NCBI GenBank assembly: GCA_964626855.1
Contig: CAZVKJ010000013.1
Coordinates: forward strand, 5,482-69,481
Length of the DNA: 64,000 nt
From: an uncultured Bacteroidales bacterium
GTDB taxonomy: Bacteria > Bacteroidota > Bacteroidia > Bacteroidales > CAIWKO01
Reading direction: 5' to 3'
Made by a program: the position numbers and the translations under genes. The notes under the pieces were generated by a model. The model was not told where the DNA came from. It did not search any database and saw only the letters and a program-made list of their open reading frames with translations. Shown here one piece after another: positions 29,483 to 39,443 of this stretch. The stretch's first letter is position 1. Each line of letters opens with the position of its first letter.

Positions 29483-30385
29483 ATGAGAAAAAGTGCCGCA
29501 ACCAGCCTCCTCGATTGGGGTATATTGTTCCTGCTGGTACTGACATGGGGCAGTTCATTTATATTGATGAAGCGGGGCTTAGAGCATTTTTCCGCCATAC
29601 AGCTTGCCATGCTCAGGCTAAGTTTTGCCGGGATTTTTTTACTTCCTTTTGCCCTGCGTTCACTAAAAAAAGTAAACTGGAAAAAATTGTGGTATATCGC
29701 CCTGGCAGGTATTATAGGCAATGCACTTCCCTCCTTTCTTTTTGCAAAAGCACAAACAGGTATCGACAGTTCCCTTGCGGGAATATTAAACTCGCTAACA
29801 CCGCTGTTTACATTAATAATTGGCTTGTTGTTTTTCAATTACAAAGCACGTTGGATAAATATTCTGGGCATATTTATCGGCCTGGTCGGAACGATAGGTT
29901 TGATGAATATCAGCGGCAATAAGTCGCTGGATTTCAACTTCAGTTACGGAATTTATGTTATTGTAGCAACATTGCTTTATGCTATTAATCTGAACATCAT
30001 CAAATATTTTCTTGATGATACTGATTCTGTTACCATAACAGCTTTTGCATTTCTGATTATTGGCATTCCGGCTGCGGCCATACTTTTCCTTTTCACCGAT
30101 TTTGTAGGTGTTATTGCAACACAGCCTGATGCAATAACCGGGATCGGATATATTGCAATTTTGGGTGTAGTTGGTTCAGGCCTGGCGGTAATTTTATACA
30201 ACAGGCTCATTAAGACATCCGGAGTATTATTTGCCGCATCGATTACCTACATGATGCCTGTGGTGGCCATACTGTGGGGCATTGCCGACGGCGAAATTTT
30301 TGAGCCGGTATACATCTTCTGGATAAGCTTGATATTGCTTGGTGTGTTTTTGGTGAACCGGTCAAATTCTAATGACAAAAGCTAG
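29483..30385 (+). CDS. EamA/DMT family transporter
   Basis: WGSSFILMK, AGILNSLTPLFT; about ten hydrophobic helices. Confidence 0.9.
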   Translation: MRKSAATSLLDWGILFLLVLTWGSSFILMKRGLEHFSAIQLAMLRLSFAGIFLLPFALRSLKKVNWKKLWYIALAGIIGNALPSFLFAKAQTGIDSSLAGILNSLTPLFTLIIGLLFFNYKARWINILGIFIGLVGTIGLMNISGNKSLDFNFSYGIYVIVATLLYAINLNIIKYFLDDTDSVTITAFAFLIIGIPAAAILFLFTDFVGVIATQPDAITGIGYIAILGVVGSGLAVILYNRLIKTSGVLFAASITYMMPVVAILWGIADGEIFEPVYIFWISLILLGVFLVNRSNSNDKS

Positions 30386-30486
30386 TACATCATAATAATT
30401 AACCATGCAAATAAAGCTCTTGTATTTCATTGAAAAACCGGATTATTTAATTTATTTTGCAAAATATTTAACATAATTTCATTTCT

Positions 30487-31629
30487 ATGCCCGACTATAA
30501 AATCTGTAAACGCTGTATCATGGATACATCAGATCCTGAAATAGTATTTGATGAAAATGGTTTTTGTAATCATTGTACAAAAGCGATCGGCCTGCTGAAT
30601 ACGCCACCTGTTTCCCTGAATAATGAAGAAAAAGAGAAAAGTCTCAGGGTGCTTGTTGATAAAATTAAGGCAAAGGGAAAAAATAAAAAATATGACTGCA
30701 TTATCGGAGTCAGTGGAGGTGTTGACAGCACATATGCTGCATATTTCGTAAAAAAAAACGGGCTTAACCCATTAGCTGTTCATCTGGATAATGGCTGGGA
30801 CTCTAAAATAGCTGTTTCAAATATTGAAAAAACTCTAAAAAAACTCAATATCGACCTTTATACTCATGTGATTGACTGGGAAGAATTTAAAGACCTTCAG
30901 CTTTCTTTTTTAAAAGCCTCAACACCCGATTCCGAAGTTCCATCTGACCATGCTATAACCGCACTTTTATATAAAATTGCAGCAAAACACAAAGTAAAAT
31001 ATATTCTCGCCGGTACCAATATTACCTCAGAATCAATATTACCTAAAGCATGGTCGCAAGGCCATAGTGATTGGAAATACATCAAAATGATTCAAAAGAA
31101 GTTTGGTTCAGCGAGATTGAAAACATTTCCACATTTCGGTATTCTCAGGCTTTTCTATTATATTGCAATTTGCAAAATTAAATATATAAGCATATTAAAT
31201 TATACTGACTATGCCAAGGAGGATGCCAAAATAATCCTTGTTAATGATCTGGGATGGGAAGACTACGGCGGGAAACATCATGAATCTATTTACACACATT
31301 TTTATCAGTCATACATACTTCCAAAAAAATTCGGGTTTGATAAACGGAGGGCTCATTTATCCAGCCTTATTATGGCTGATCAAATCAAAAGGGATGAGGC
31401 TCTTCTGGAAATGAATAAGCCGGCAATCAGTGATGAAATGGCCCAATCAGAAAAAGAATATGTAATTAATAAATTCAATCTTAGTAATGAGGCATTCAAC
31501 AGTATCATGAATGCGCCTGTTAAAACATTCCATGATTACCCCTCGTATTTTAACTCATTTTATTATAAGATTTTCTTTAAATTATATAAGACTTTGAGCA
31601 TTGTAGGTGTAAAAAAATCGGATTTTTAG
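30487..31629 (+). CDS. N-acetyl sugar amidotransferase (WbuX/WbpG/PseA family)
   Basis: CKRCIMD...CNHC, YDCIIGVSGGVDS PP-loop, HLDNGW, YGGKHHES, KFGFDKRRAHLS. Confidence 0.92.
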   Translation: MPDYKICKRCIMDTSDPEIVFDENGFCNHCTKAIGLLNTPPVSLNNEEKEKSLRVLVDKIKAKGKNKKYDCIIGVSGGVDSTYAAYFVKKNGLNPLAVHLDNGWDSKIAVSNIEKTLKKLNIDLYTHVIDWEEFKDLQLSFLKASTPDSEVPSDHAITALLYKIAAKHKVKYILAGTNITSESILPKAWSQGHSDWKYIKMIQKKFGSARLKTFPHFGILRLFYYIAICKIKYISILNYTDYAKEDAKIILVNDLGWEDYGGKHHESIYTHFYQSYILPKKFGFDKRRAHLSSLIMADQIKRDEALLEMNKPAISDEMAQSEKEYVINKFNLSNEAFNSIMNAPVKTFHDYPSYFNSFYYKIFFKLYKTLSIVGVKKSDF

Positions 31630-31932
31630 CTCAAATCAGGCAGTTAACCAAAAGAAAACACAACGCATAAATTCTTAACCTAAAAAATTCAAAAGGATAT
31701 TTCACCTTTCAAGCCGTCAAAAGAAAATCAAGTATTATAGAAGTAATTGTCATTTTTAAATTTTTTCTGTGTCGGGATTACCTGACCTGCTGACCAAATT
31801 GCAAATGCTCATTCATAAATTGCATTTCATTCATTTATGAGTAGGTCAGATTAATAAAAGAAATTAAATTTCTTATTGAAAAATTAGTTTTGCTATATTA
31901 CTTTTGTTATAACAATATAAAATACTAAACAT

Positions 31933-33141
31933 ATGAAAAAATTTTTATCCTTGTTATTATTAGCCGTTTGTATAACCACGGCCTTAAATGCTCAGTCATA
32001 CACATGGATACAAAAAGCAAGTCTGCCTGCAGATGGGCGATACGGGGCTGTTTGTTTTACCATTGGAAGCAAGGCATATGTTTGTTGTGGTGTTGGAAAT
32101 GGGAATTTAAATCTGCAGGATTTATGGGAATACGACAACATCTCTAACACATGGACACAAAAGTCAAACGTTCCCGGTGTTTCCAGAAGAAGAACTAATA
32201 TTGAAGTTGTAAATGGAATCGCCTATATGATGGGCGGAGTTCATTGGAATGGGGGCTCTGGAAACAATACTATTTTAAAAGATGTCTGGGCATACAATCC
32301 CACTACGGATTCCTGGACTCAAAAAAACAATTTGCCTTTTGGCCCATTAGGTTCAGCGGCTAGTTCTACAGTAAATGATAAAATATATTTTGGCATCGGA
32401 TTAGACTCCAATCAAAATCAACAAAATATCTGGTGGATGTACAATCCACTCACTGATACATGGACACAAAAAGCAAGTTTCCCCGGCACCTCCAGATTAC
32501 ATGGCGTTAGCTTTAAAAGTAAAGACAGGATTTTCTTTGGATTAGGAATAACAACGTCATATACTCTTTTCGCTGATTTATGGCTATATCAAATATCCAC
32601 GGATACATGGGTTCAAAAATCTGATTTTCCTGGCGGCGCTCGTCAGGATGCAGCTAGCTTTTATGTCGGAGACAATGGTTATATTGTGGGAGGATATTCC
32701 ACGCAATTAAAAAAAGATGTTTGGGAGTATAATTACTTTACTGACACCTGGACAAATGTGGGCGATTTTACTGGTGGATACAGGCGGGACAATACAGGGT
32801 TCTGTATCGGCGATAAAGGATATTGTGGTTTTGGGGTTTCAAATATTTCGGATTATAATTTTGATTTGTGGGAATTTACAGCTTTTACGGATATTAATGA
32901 AAACAATTGCAAATCTGAAGCTTTCATGATTTTTCCTAATCCTGCTTCTTCGATTCTTAATATTCAAAGCAATAACATTCAAAAGATCGAAATATATGAT
33001 GTTTCAGGAAAACAAATTTTGAATGAAAATAAATCCGGTAAGAGTGTTATTTTGAATATAGATAATTATTCAACCGGTATTTATTTCGTTAAAATATATA
33101 CAACTGAAGAAACCTTTATCACAAAACTTTTCAAGAAATAA
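31933..33141 (+). CDS. Kelch-repeat beta-propeller protein with T9SS CTD (copy 1)
   Basis: Signal peptide; six Kelch blades (W.Y.P.TD.WTQK..FPG..R); FPNPA...STGIYFVKI CTD. Confidence 0.9.
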   Translation: MKKFLSLLLLAVCITTALNAQSYTWIQKASLPADGRYGAVCFTIGSKAYVCCGVGNGNLNLQDLWEYDNISNTWTQKSNVPGVSRRRTNIEVVNGIAYMMGGVHWNGGSGNNTILKDVWAYNPTTDSWTQKNNLPFGPLGSAASSTVNDKIYFGIGLDSNQNQQNIWWMYNPLTDTWTQKASFPGTSRLHGVSFKSKDRIFFGLGITTSYTLFADLWLYQISTDTWVQKSDFPGGARQDAASFYVGDNGYIVGGYSTQLKKDVWEYNYFTDTWTNVGDFTGGYRRDNTGFCIGDKGYCGFGVSNISDYNFDLWEFTAFTDINENNCKSEAFMIFPNPASSILNIQSNNIQKIEIYDVSGKQILNENKSGKSVILNIDNYSTGIYFVKIYTTEETFITKLFKK

Positions 33142-33225
33142 AAATATTTGAAGTTATAATTTCTCTTCATTTGTAATTTATTATTGACACTATGCATTAT
33201 AAAAGTCTTGTAATATTTACAACTT

Positions 33226-34023
33226 TTATAGTAATTCACTTTTTACCTCATTATTTTTTTCAAATAAAATAAAAATCCAATAGGGTACTTTGGGTGAAAT
33301 AATCATATTGAAAGCGTCGAAGAGGAACGCCAGCGGGTGGAATTTATAATTATGCACAAACTCATGCTCGCAAAACGGGCACATAGTTTTTTCGTCTTTA
33401 GTCTTTATGGCAAAATACGGAAACCAGGAAGCCGGCGGACAAAGTCTTATCTTTAGTTTTGCCAGGGTTTTATTGTACCGTCGCACAGGTGTGCCATAAT
33501 AAAATGCCTTGCTGATTTTACATCCGGGAAATAACTCCCCGAGTTTTTTCCGCGTAAAACTTTGGAGATGATAGGAATGATTATAATTTTTTCCGCACCG
33601 CGGACAGTGAAGTTTGAATTTATCGAGGTTTTCGTTGTTGGGGACAGTAACTAAAATATATTTTTCCGACAGTCTGGTTAATTCCCCGATAGTTTTTTCC
33701 AGTGTCTCCTGGTCGAGGTGTTCCAGCATTTCGCTCGAAAGCACCATATCGAAAGAGGCATCGGGCAAGGGAATATTATCTGAGGAGGCCTGAAGTTTTT
33801 CGGTTTTAACATGCTGAAGCGCGTGGGCACTGCGATCCACTCCCAGCACGGCAAATTTTTTTCCAAGTTCGTTAGTGATAACACCATTGCCACAACCAAT
33901 GTCAACGATTGAAACCACCTCCGGCGGTATGGTTTCGAGGATTTTTTGTATTTTTCCTGCAAGTCCGGCTTCGTCAATTACATCCCACTGATACTGTTCG
34001 TAATATTTTATATTGTCGATCAT
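33226..34023 (-). CDS. Class I SAM-dependent methyltransferase with two CxxC motifs
   Basis: IVDIGCGNG, FDMVLSSEMLEHL, VTVPN, CPRC, CPFC. Confidence 0.88.
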   Translation of the reverse strand: MIDNIKYYEQYQWDVIDEAGLAGKIQKILETIPPEVVSIVDIGCGNGVITNELGKKFAVLGVDRSAHALQHVKTEKLQASSDNIPLPDASFDMVLSSEMLEHLDQETLEKTIGELTRLSEKYILVTVPNNENLDKFKLHCPRCGKNYNHSYHLQSFTRKKLGELFPGCKISKAFYYGTPVRRYNKTLAKLKIRLCPPASWFPYFAIKTKDEKTMCPFCEHEFVHNYKFHPLAFLFDAFNMIISPKVPYWIFILFEKNNEVKSELL

Positions 34024-34877
34024 CCGAAAACTTTTTTCATTGCATTTTTTATCACCAGTTTACTGATAAACCTTCCCTGCTCCGGTGTTACCGCTTTTTT
34101 TTCTTTACCAAAAAACATCATAAAGTAGGTGCCATAAGCCACAAAAGGACCTATCAACATGGGATTATATTTAATTCTTTTGGCGCATGAAATTCCTGCG
34201 GCTATTGCGTTGAATCCCATAAAATAGCATCCGCGTCCGGTCATTTTGTGGGCTTTCAGGTGTCCTGTTTTCCGGTCGGTAGGCCGGTGATGAAGCACTT
34301 CAAGGGATTGGTCGGCCAGGATAGTGTACTGGTAAAACTTGGCGAGCATTTCATCCACGGCATCCCAGCCGTCAATTTCGCGCAGCCCACCGATATGGTC
34401 GAGAAAAGTTTTCCGGTATGCTTTAATAGCACCACGCACATGATCTTTATTGGTAATCTTTTCGCGTAACCATTCGCCGTTTTTTTCAACCAGGCAGATG
34501 CCGCCGCAAACGGCCAGCTTCTGGTCGGCTGCAAAATGTGCAGCCACCGCTTCAAAATAATTGGGCTTCAGGCTAAGATCTGCATCCAGTTTTACGATAA
34601 AATCAATATCATCAGCTATATACTTTCTATAGCACAAATTAAAAATCCGTGCTATATTGGTTCCGGCCATATGCTTATCCTTTGCCTTATTCTGAATAAG
34701 TTTAATCCATGGATATTCAGCAATATATCCGTTTATGATGGAAGATGTCTTATCTGTTGAACCGTCATCATAAATAATCCATTGAGCCGGCAATGATGTT
34801 TGCTTAATTACAGAATCCAGCAAAATTCCGATGCTTCTTTCCTCATTAAAAACGGGTGTAATAATGGCGTACTTCAT
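34020..34877 (-). CDS. Glycosyltransferase family 2
   Basis: IITPVFNEE, YDDGSTD, KLDAD, GWDAVDE; TACTTTTG -7 motif at 34891-34898; ATGA overlap with the methyltransferase. Confidence 0.92.
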   Translation of the reverse strand: MKYAIITPVFNEERSIGILLDSVIKQTSLPAQWIIYDDGSTDKTSSIINGYIAEYPWIKLIQNKAKDKHMAGTNIARIFNLCYRKYIADDIDFIVKLDADLSLKPNYFEAVAAHFAADQKLAVCGGICLVEKNGEWLREKITNKDHVRGAIKAYRKTFLDHIGGLREIDGWDAVDEMLAKFYQYTILADQSLEVLHHRPTDRKTGHLKAHKMTGRGCYFMGFNAIAAGISCAKRIKYNPMLIGPFVAYGTYFMMFFGKEKKAVTPEQGRFISKLVIKNAMKKVFG

Positions 34878-34969
34878 TAAGTTTTTTTTACAAAAGTATT
34901 GATAAAATTTTATCGTTTGGCTTCAATTTCAATATAAAAAAGTAATATTGTCAGAAATATTTATTATCG

Positions 34970-36184
34970 ATGAAATATATAATCCTGTTTTGCGCATCCT
35001 TTTTATTCATCACAGCGCCTCTCTTTGCACAAGTTTACGGATGGACTCAAAAAGCAAGTTTGCCGGCACCCGGACGTTATGGCGCAGTTAGTTTTGTGAT
35101 CGGCAACAATGCATATGTTTGCAGCGGAACAGGTGACGGTGTCCTTAATTTTCAGGATATGTGGGCCTATGATAAGTTAACTGATACCTGGACTCAAAAA
35201 GCAAATATGCCCGGCACATCCAGAAGAAGAACCAATATTGAAGTAGTAAACGGTATTGCTTATATGATGGGAGGCGTTCACTGGCATGGCGGATCGGGCA
35301 ATAATACCATATTAAGCGATTTTTGGTCGTACGATCCTGCTACTGATGCATGGACACAGAAAGCAGACCTCCCGTTTGGCGCTTTAGGCGGAGGAATAAG
35401 TTTCGCAATAGGTAATGAAATATATTTCGGTATCGGGTTGGATCAATATCAGGTTCAACAAAACATCTGGTGGATGTATAATGCCTCCACGGACTCATGG
35501 ACACAGAAAACAAGTTTTCCGGGAAACACAAGAATACACGGAGTCAGTTTCAGGAGTAAGGACAGGTTTTTCTTTGGATTAGGCATAACGACAGGCTCCG
35601 TGCTATGTGCTGACCTATGGCTGTATAACGCTTCCACGGATACCTGGATTCAAAAAGCTGATTTCCCGGGCGGCGCACGTTATTCCGCGGCAAGTTTTTA
35701 TGTGGGTGATGATGGTTACATCATGGGTGGATATGCTGGGCAACTGAAAAAAGATGTTTGGCAATACAATTATGCAGGTGACAATTGGAACTGGATTGGA
35801 GATTATACGGCCGGATATAGAGATGACAATACGGGTTTTAGCATTACTAACACAGGTTATTGTGGTTTTGGCATATCAAATACCACAAATTTCAACACTG
35901 ATTTGTGGGAATTTACACCAATCAGCACAGGTATTAACGAAAATAATTCAAGATTGGCCAACATCCTTGTGTATCCTAACCCAGCACTTACCTTTATAAA
36001 TATTAAATCAAACGACATCCAAAAAATCGAAATTTATGAGATTTCAGGTAAAAAGATATTGGATGAAAATTATAAAAATGAAACTAATATTTGTTTGAAT
36101 ATTAATTCATTTCCTAAGGGTTTGTACTTTATTAAAGTATATACGGAGGCAGGGATAAAAGTCTCTAAATCTATCAAATACTGA
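34970..36184 (+). CDS. Kelch-repeat beta-propeller protein with T9SS CTD (copy 2)
   Basis: Collinear paralog of 31933..33141 (about 70% identical over the first 120 mature residues, counted by eye); YPNPA...PKGLYFIKV CTD. Confidence 0.9.
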   Translation: MKYIILFCASFLFITAPLFAQVYGWTQKASLPAPGRYGAVSFVIGNNAYVCSGTGDGVLNFQDMWAYDKLTDTWTQKANMPGTSRRRTNIEVVNGIAYMMGGVHWHGGSGNNTILSDFWSYDPATDAWTQKADLPFGALGGGISFAIGNEIYFGIGLDQYQVQQNIWWMYNASTDSWTQKTSFPGNTRIHGVSFRSKDRFFFGLGITTGSVLCADLWLYNASTDTWIQKADFPGGARYSAASFYVGDDGYIMGGYAGQLKKDVWQYNYAGDNWNWIGDYTAGYRDDNTGFSITNTGYCGFGISNTTNFNTDLWEFTPISTGINENNSRLANILVYPNPALTFINIKSNDIQKIEIYEISGKKILDENYKNETNICLNINSFPKGLYFIKVYTEAGIKVSKSIKY

Positions 36185-36205
36185 TCCTTAAGGCCGATAA
36201 TTGCC

Positions 36206-36509
36206 CTAAAATAAAACAAAGATCCAGTAAGGTACTTTTCGGGAAATAATCAAATTGAGGGCATCAATGATAAATGCCAAAAGATTAAACTTGAAGTTAT
36301 GAATAAATTCATGCTCACAAAACGGGCACATGGTCTTTTCATCTTTTGTTTTTTTGCGAAATACGGAAACCACGATGCTGGCGGGCATAACTTCATTTTT
36401 AATTTTGCCAATACAAGTATACCAGCGGACAGGAAATGATGGCTGCAGAAATCCGCCCGGCAGATATTCGTCTTTTAGGATAATTTTTTACTTCGCGTAA
36501 AACTTTCAG
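36206..36509 (-). pseudogene. Decayed 3' remnant of a second copy of the 33226..34023 methyltransferase
   Basis: LAKLKMKLCPPASWFPYFA, then a 1-nt frameshift in a T-tract near 36350, then KTKDEKTMCPFCEHEF...KVPYWIFVLF. Residual similarity reaches CGCGTAAAACTTT near 36494-36506. The 5' two-thirds is missing. Confidence 0.85.
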
Positions 36510-36539
36510 CTATTTTTGTCATAATAATATCCGATATCT

Positions 36540-38045
36540 GTGGGCATAATAATCAGGCAAAGCATTAAAAGCACCATAGTAGTCTATGCAGGATTACTAT
36601 TGGGCTATATTAATATATTACTTCTTTCACCACTGGTTTTATCTCCAGAACAAATAGGCCTGACACGGGTACTTTATGACGGTGGATATATGTTTGCTGT
36701 TCTGGCTCAACTAGGAATATGGAGTGTAGCAACTAAATTTTATAGTTACTTCAGAGATAAAAAAAATAACGATAATGGCTTCCTTTTTTACCTCGTTTCT
36801 ATACCTCTGATTGGTTTTACAATAGTTTGTTTGTTATTACTTATCTTCAAGCAGCAGGTTACCGGACTTTTTATTACTAAATCTCCACTTATTGTAGAAT
36901 ACTATTACTATTTTATACCGTTAATATTTATCACAATGTATTATCAGGTATTTGAAACATACAGCAGCCTGCAACTACGCATTGTTGTTCCGAATATGCT
37001 CAGAGAGGTTTTAACTAAAGTTTTATATTTTCTGATCATTATTTTGCTATTGTATCATTTAATCAATTTCAAAAATTTTATCAATTTTTATGTTCTCACA
37101 TTTGGTATTTCGCTGATTATCCTGATCCTATACCTGAGGTCAATGCGTGAATTTCATTTAAAACCAAACTTTAAATTTCTTAAACCAAAACTCAGAAAAC
37201 AAATTTCTGTCTACTGGGTGTTTGTTTTTTTTGGCAGCCTTGGCGCTTTTGCCCTTGCCCGTATGGATGTTATAATGTTAAGCTCTTTATCCGGTTTATA
37301 TTTTACAGGAATTTATAGTATTTCATATTTATTAGGAAATGTTATTGAAGTCCCACGAAAGGCTATTGCCCAGATATCGGTTCCCATTATTTCTGAGGCA
37401 TGGAAAAATAATGATGTTAATAAAATTGAAGAAATATATAAAAAGACATCTATAAACCAGACCATATTCACTGGTATGATTTTTATGTTAATCTGGATTA
37501 ATATTGATCCTATTTTTTCCTTGATTCCAAACAGTTCTATTTATATTTCAGGCAAATATGTTGCAATATACATTGGCATAGCAAGATTTATTGATGCCTT
37601 GACAGGGGTTAATACCGAAATTCTGATGAATTCGCATAAACATTATAAATTCAATCTGATTCTGCTGTTTCTGACAGGAATGCTCACTATTATTCTGAAT
37701 TTAATACTTATCCCGGTTTTAAATATGTACGGAGCATGTTTATCTGTATTGATTGCCCTTGTTATCTATAATTTGTTTAAATATGTTTTCATTTATTGGA
37801 AATGGAAAATCCAGCCTTTTAGCTGGAATACGCTGAAAGTCATACTACTTCTCGCATCAATCATATTAATTACATACATATTACCACAGCACAAAAACCC
37901 TATATTTCAAATAATTATATTGACCATTCCCACAGTAATGGTATTTCTGATTCTTTGTTATGTATTAAAAGTTTCTGATGATTATCAAAGATTAACAGAC
38001 AATCTTTTCATCAGGATTAAAACTATTCTCAGGTTAAAAAGGTAA
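36540..38045 (+). CDS. Oligosaccharide flippase (Wzx/MOP superfamily)
   Basis: GTG start MGIIIRQSIK; about 12-14 TM helices; D..MLS...TGIYS; LNLILIP...YGA; TATTTTTG -7 motif at 36511-36518. Confidence 0.88.
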   Translation: MGIIIRQSIKSTIVVYAGLLLGYINILLLSPLVLSPEQIGLTRVLYDGGYMFAVLAQLGIWSVATKFYSYFRDKKNNDNGFLFYLVSIPLIGFTIVCLLLLIFKQQVTGLFITKSPLIVEYYYYFIPLIFITMYYQVFETYSSLQLRIVVPNMLREVLTKVLYFLIIILLLYHLINFKNFINFYVLTFGISLIILILYLRSMREFHLKPNFKFLKPKLRKQISVYWVFVFFGSLGAFALARMDVIMLSSLSGLYFTGIYSISYLLGNVIEVPRKAIAQISVPIISEAWKNNDVNKIEEIYKKTSINQTIFTGMIFMLIWINIDPIFSLIPNSSIYISGKYVAIYIGIARFIDALTGVNTEILMNSHKHYKFNLILLFLTGMLTIILNLILIPVLNMYGACLSVLIALVIYNLFKYVFIYWKWKIQPFSWNTLKVILLLASIILITYILPQHKNPIFQIIILTIPTVMVFLILCYVLKVSDDYQRLTDNLFIRIKTILRLKR

Positions 38046-38071
38046 TTGATTATAAATCACAAGAAATTCCT

Positions 38072-38827
38072 TTAAAAAATATCCTTTAAAGATTTTTTTT
38101 CCGGATAAGTAATCAAAACAGCCCTGTGAGGCCCATAAAAAACAAAAAAACTTCCGGCTGCGACAGCTGATGCGCCATTTCTAACCGCATCACCAAAATG
38201 CTGAATATTGCCAGCCCCCCCGGAGGCTATCACCGGAATAGAAACTGCCTGGGAGATTTTTTTAATTAGCCCTGTATCATAACCTAAAAATGTCCCATCC
38301 CGGTCAACGGAATTTAAAAAAATCTCTCCGGCTCCTTTGCTTTCCATAAACTGAGCAAACTCAACAGCATCCAGCGAGGTGACTTTTTGTTGAGTATAAT
38401 CAAAAACACGATATCTACCTAAAATATCCTTTTTAACGTCAATGGATGCAACAACGCTTTGTGAGCCGGCCAATTCAGCTGCTTGCGTAATAATTTCCGG
38501 ATTATTCCGGGCACCGGTATTTATTGATACTTTCTCCACTCCCAGCCTGGTAAGTTTTTTCACCTGTTCAATTGAAGTAATTCCCCCACCATAACCGAAT
38601 GGCATAAACGCTTCGCAACTGATGCGTGAAATCAGGTTATAATTTGGCTCAGCGCCCTTCTTTGTCGCTTCGATATCGATGAAAATCAGTTCATCAACTT
38701 CCTTATCATTAAAGATTTTAACTGCATTTATCGGATCTCCAACATATGTAGGATTCTTAAATTTTACTGATTTCACCAGGCCGTCATTCTTCAGTAGAAG
38801 ACAAGGAATTACACGAATCTTAAGCAT
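38072..38827 (-). CDS. hisF: HisF2/WbuZ/AglZ-type cyclase paralog (acetamidino modification)
   Basis: RVIPCLLL, YVGDPINAVKIFNDKEVDEL, SVDRDGT, HRAVLITYP (glycan-locus type, not the his-operon HisF). Confidence 0.88.
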   Translation of the reverse strand: MLKIRVIPCLLLKNDGLVKSVKFKNPTYVGDPINAVKIFNDKEVDELIFIDIEATKKGAEPNYNLISRISCEAFMPFGYGGGITSIEQVKKLTRLGVEKVSINTGARNNPEIITQAAELAGSQSVVASIDVKKDILGRYRVFDYTQQKVTSLDAVEFAQFMESKGAGEIFLNSVDRDGTFLGYDTGLIKKISQAVSIPVIASGGAGNIQHFGDAVRNGASAVAAGSFFVFYGPHRAVLITYPEKKSLKDIF

Positions 38828-39443
38828 GAACAGCCTCCACAAAATTTTTCATCACTAACAGGCCATATTTGTGGCTTTTTTCAGGATGAAACTGCGTTGC
38901 AAAAATATTCCCGTGATGTATACTTGAGGTAAACTCAAAACCATATTCTGTTGTTGATGCAATGTCATCAGGATTGTTGCATCTTACGTGATACGAATGT
39001 ACAAAATAAAAAGAGGCGTCGTCATACATATTTTTAAAGATTCCGTCCTTCTTTTTAATCTTTACTTCGTTCCATCCCATATGGGGTATCCTTAGAATTT
39101 CATTAGCTCCGGTAAATTTGAATTTAATACAATTTGCATCAATCCATCCCAACCCAGGCAAAACACCCTCCTCGCTGCTTTTGGCCATCAGTTGCATCCC
39201 CAGACAGATTCCAAGAATCGGGACTCCTTCATCAAGCACTTTCCTGTTTAAAACATCTATCAATCCTGAATCATGGAGGTTTTTAATCCCATTATCAAAA
39301 GCTCCCACGCCCGGAATAATAAGTTTTTCAGCATTACCAATCACTTCCACATCTGATGTTACAATACTTTGGCCACCAGCCTTTTTTATCATATTGGCAA
39401 TTGAGCCAATATTACCCATACCATAATCTACAATGACTATCAT
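38820..39443 (-). CDS. hisH: HisH2/WbuY glutamine amidotransferase subunit
   Basis: DYGMGNIGS, PGVGAF, GICLGMQ, PHMGWN, YFVHSY, QFHPEKS. Confidence 0.92.
   Translation of the reverse strand: MIVIVDYGMGNIGSIANMIKKAGGQSIVTSDVEVIGNAEKLIIPGVGAFDNGIKNLHDSGLIDVLNRKVLDEGVPILGICLGMQLMAKSSEEGVLPGLGWIDANCIKFKFTGANEILRIPHMGWNEVKIKKKDGIFKNMYDDASFYFVHSYHVRCNNPDDIASTTEYGFEFTSSIHHGNIFATQFHPEKSHKYGLLVMKNFVEAVHA

Noticed and set aside
31933..36509. Kelch/methyltransferase repeats as a diversity-generating retroelement or invertible shufflon
   Set aside because: No reverse transcriptase or recombinase; differences are not adenine-specific and are largely synonymous; the copies are direct, not inverted.
38072..39443. 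Histidine biosynthesis operon (with hisS and hutH in the window)
   Set aside because: The HisF has the glycan-locus signature (GDPINAVKIFN, AVLITYP) and no other his biosynthesis genes are present.
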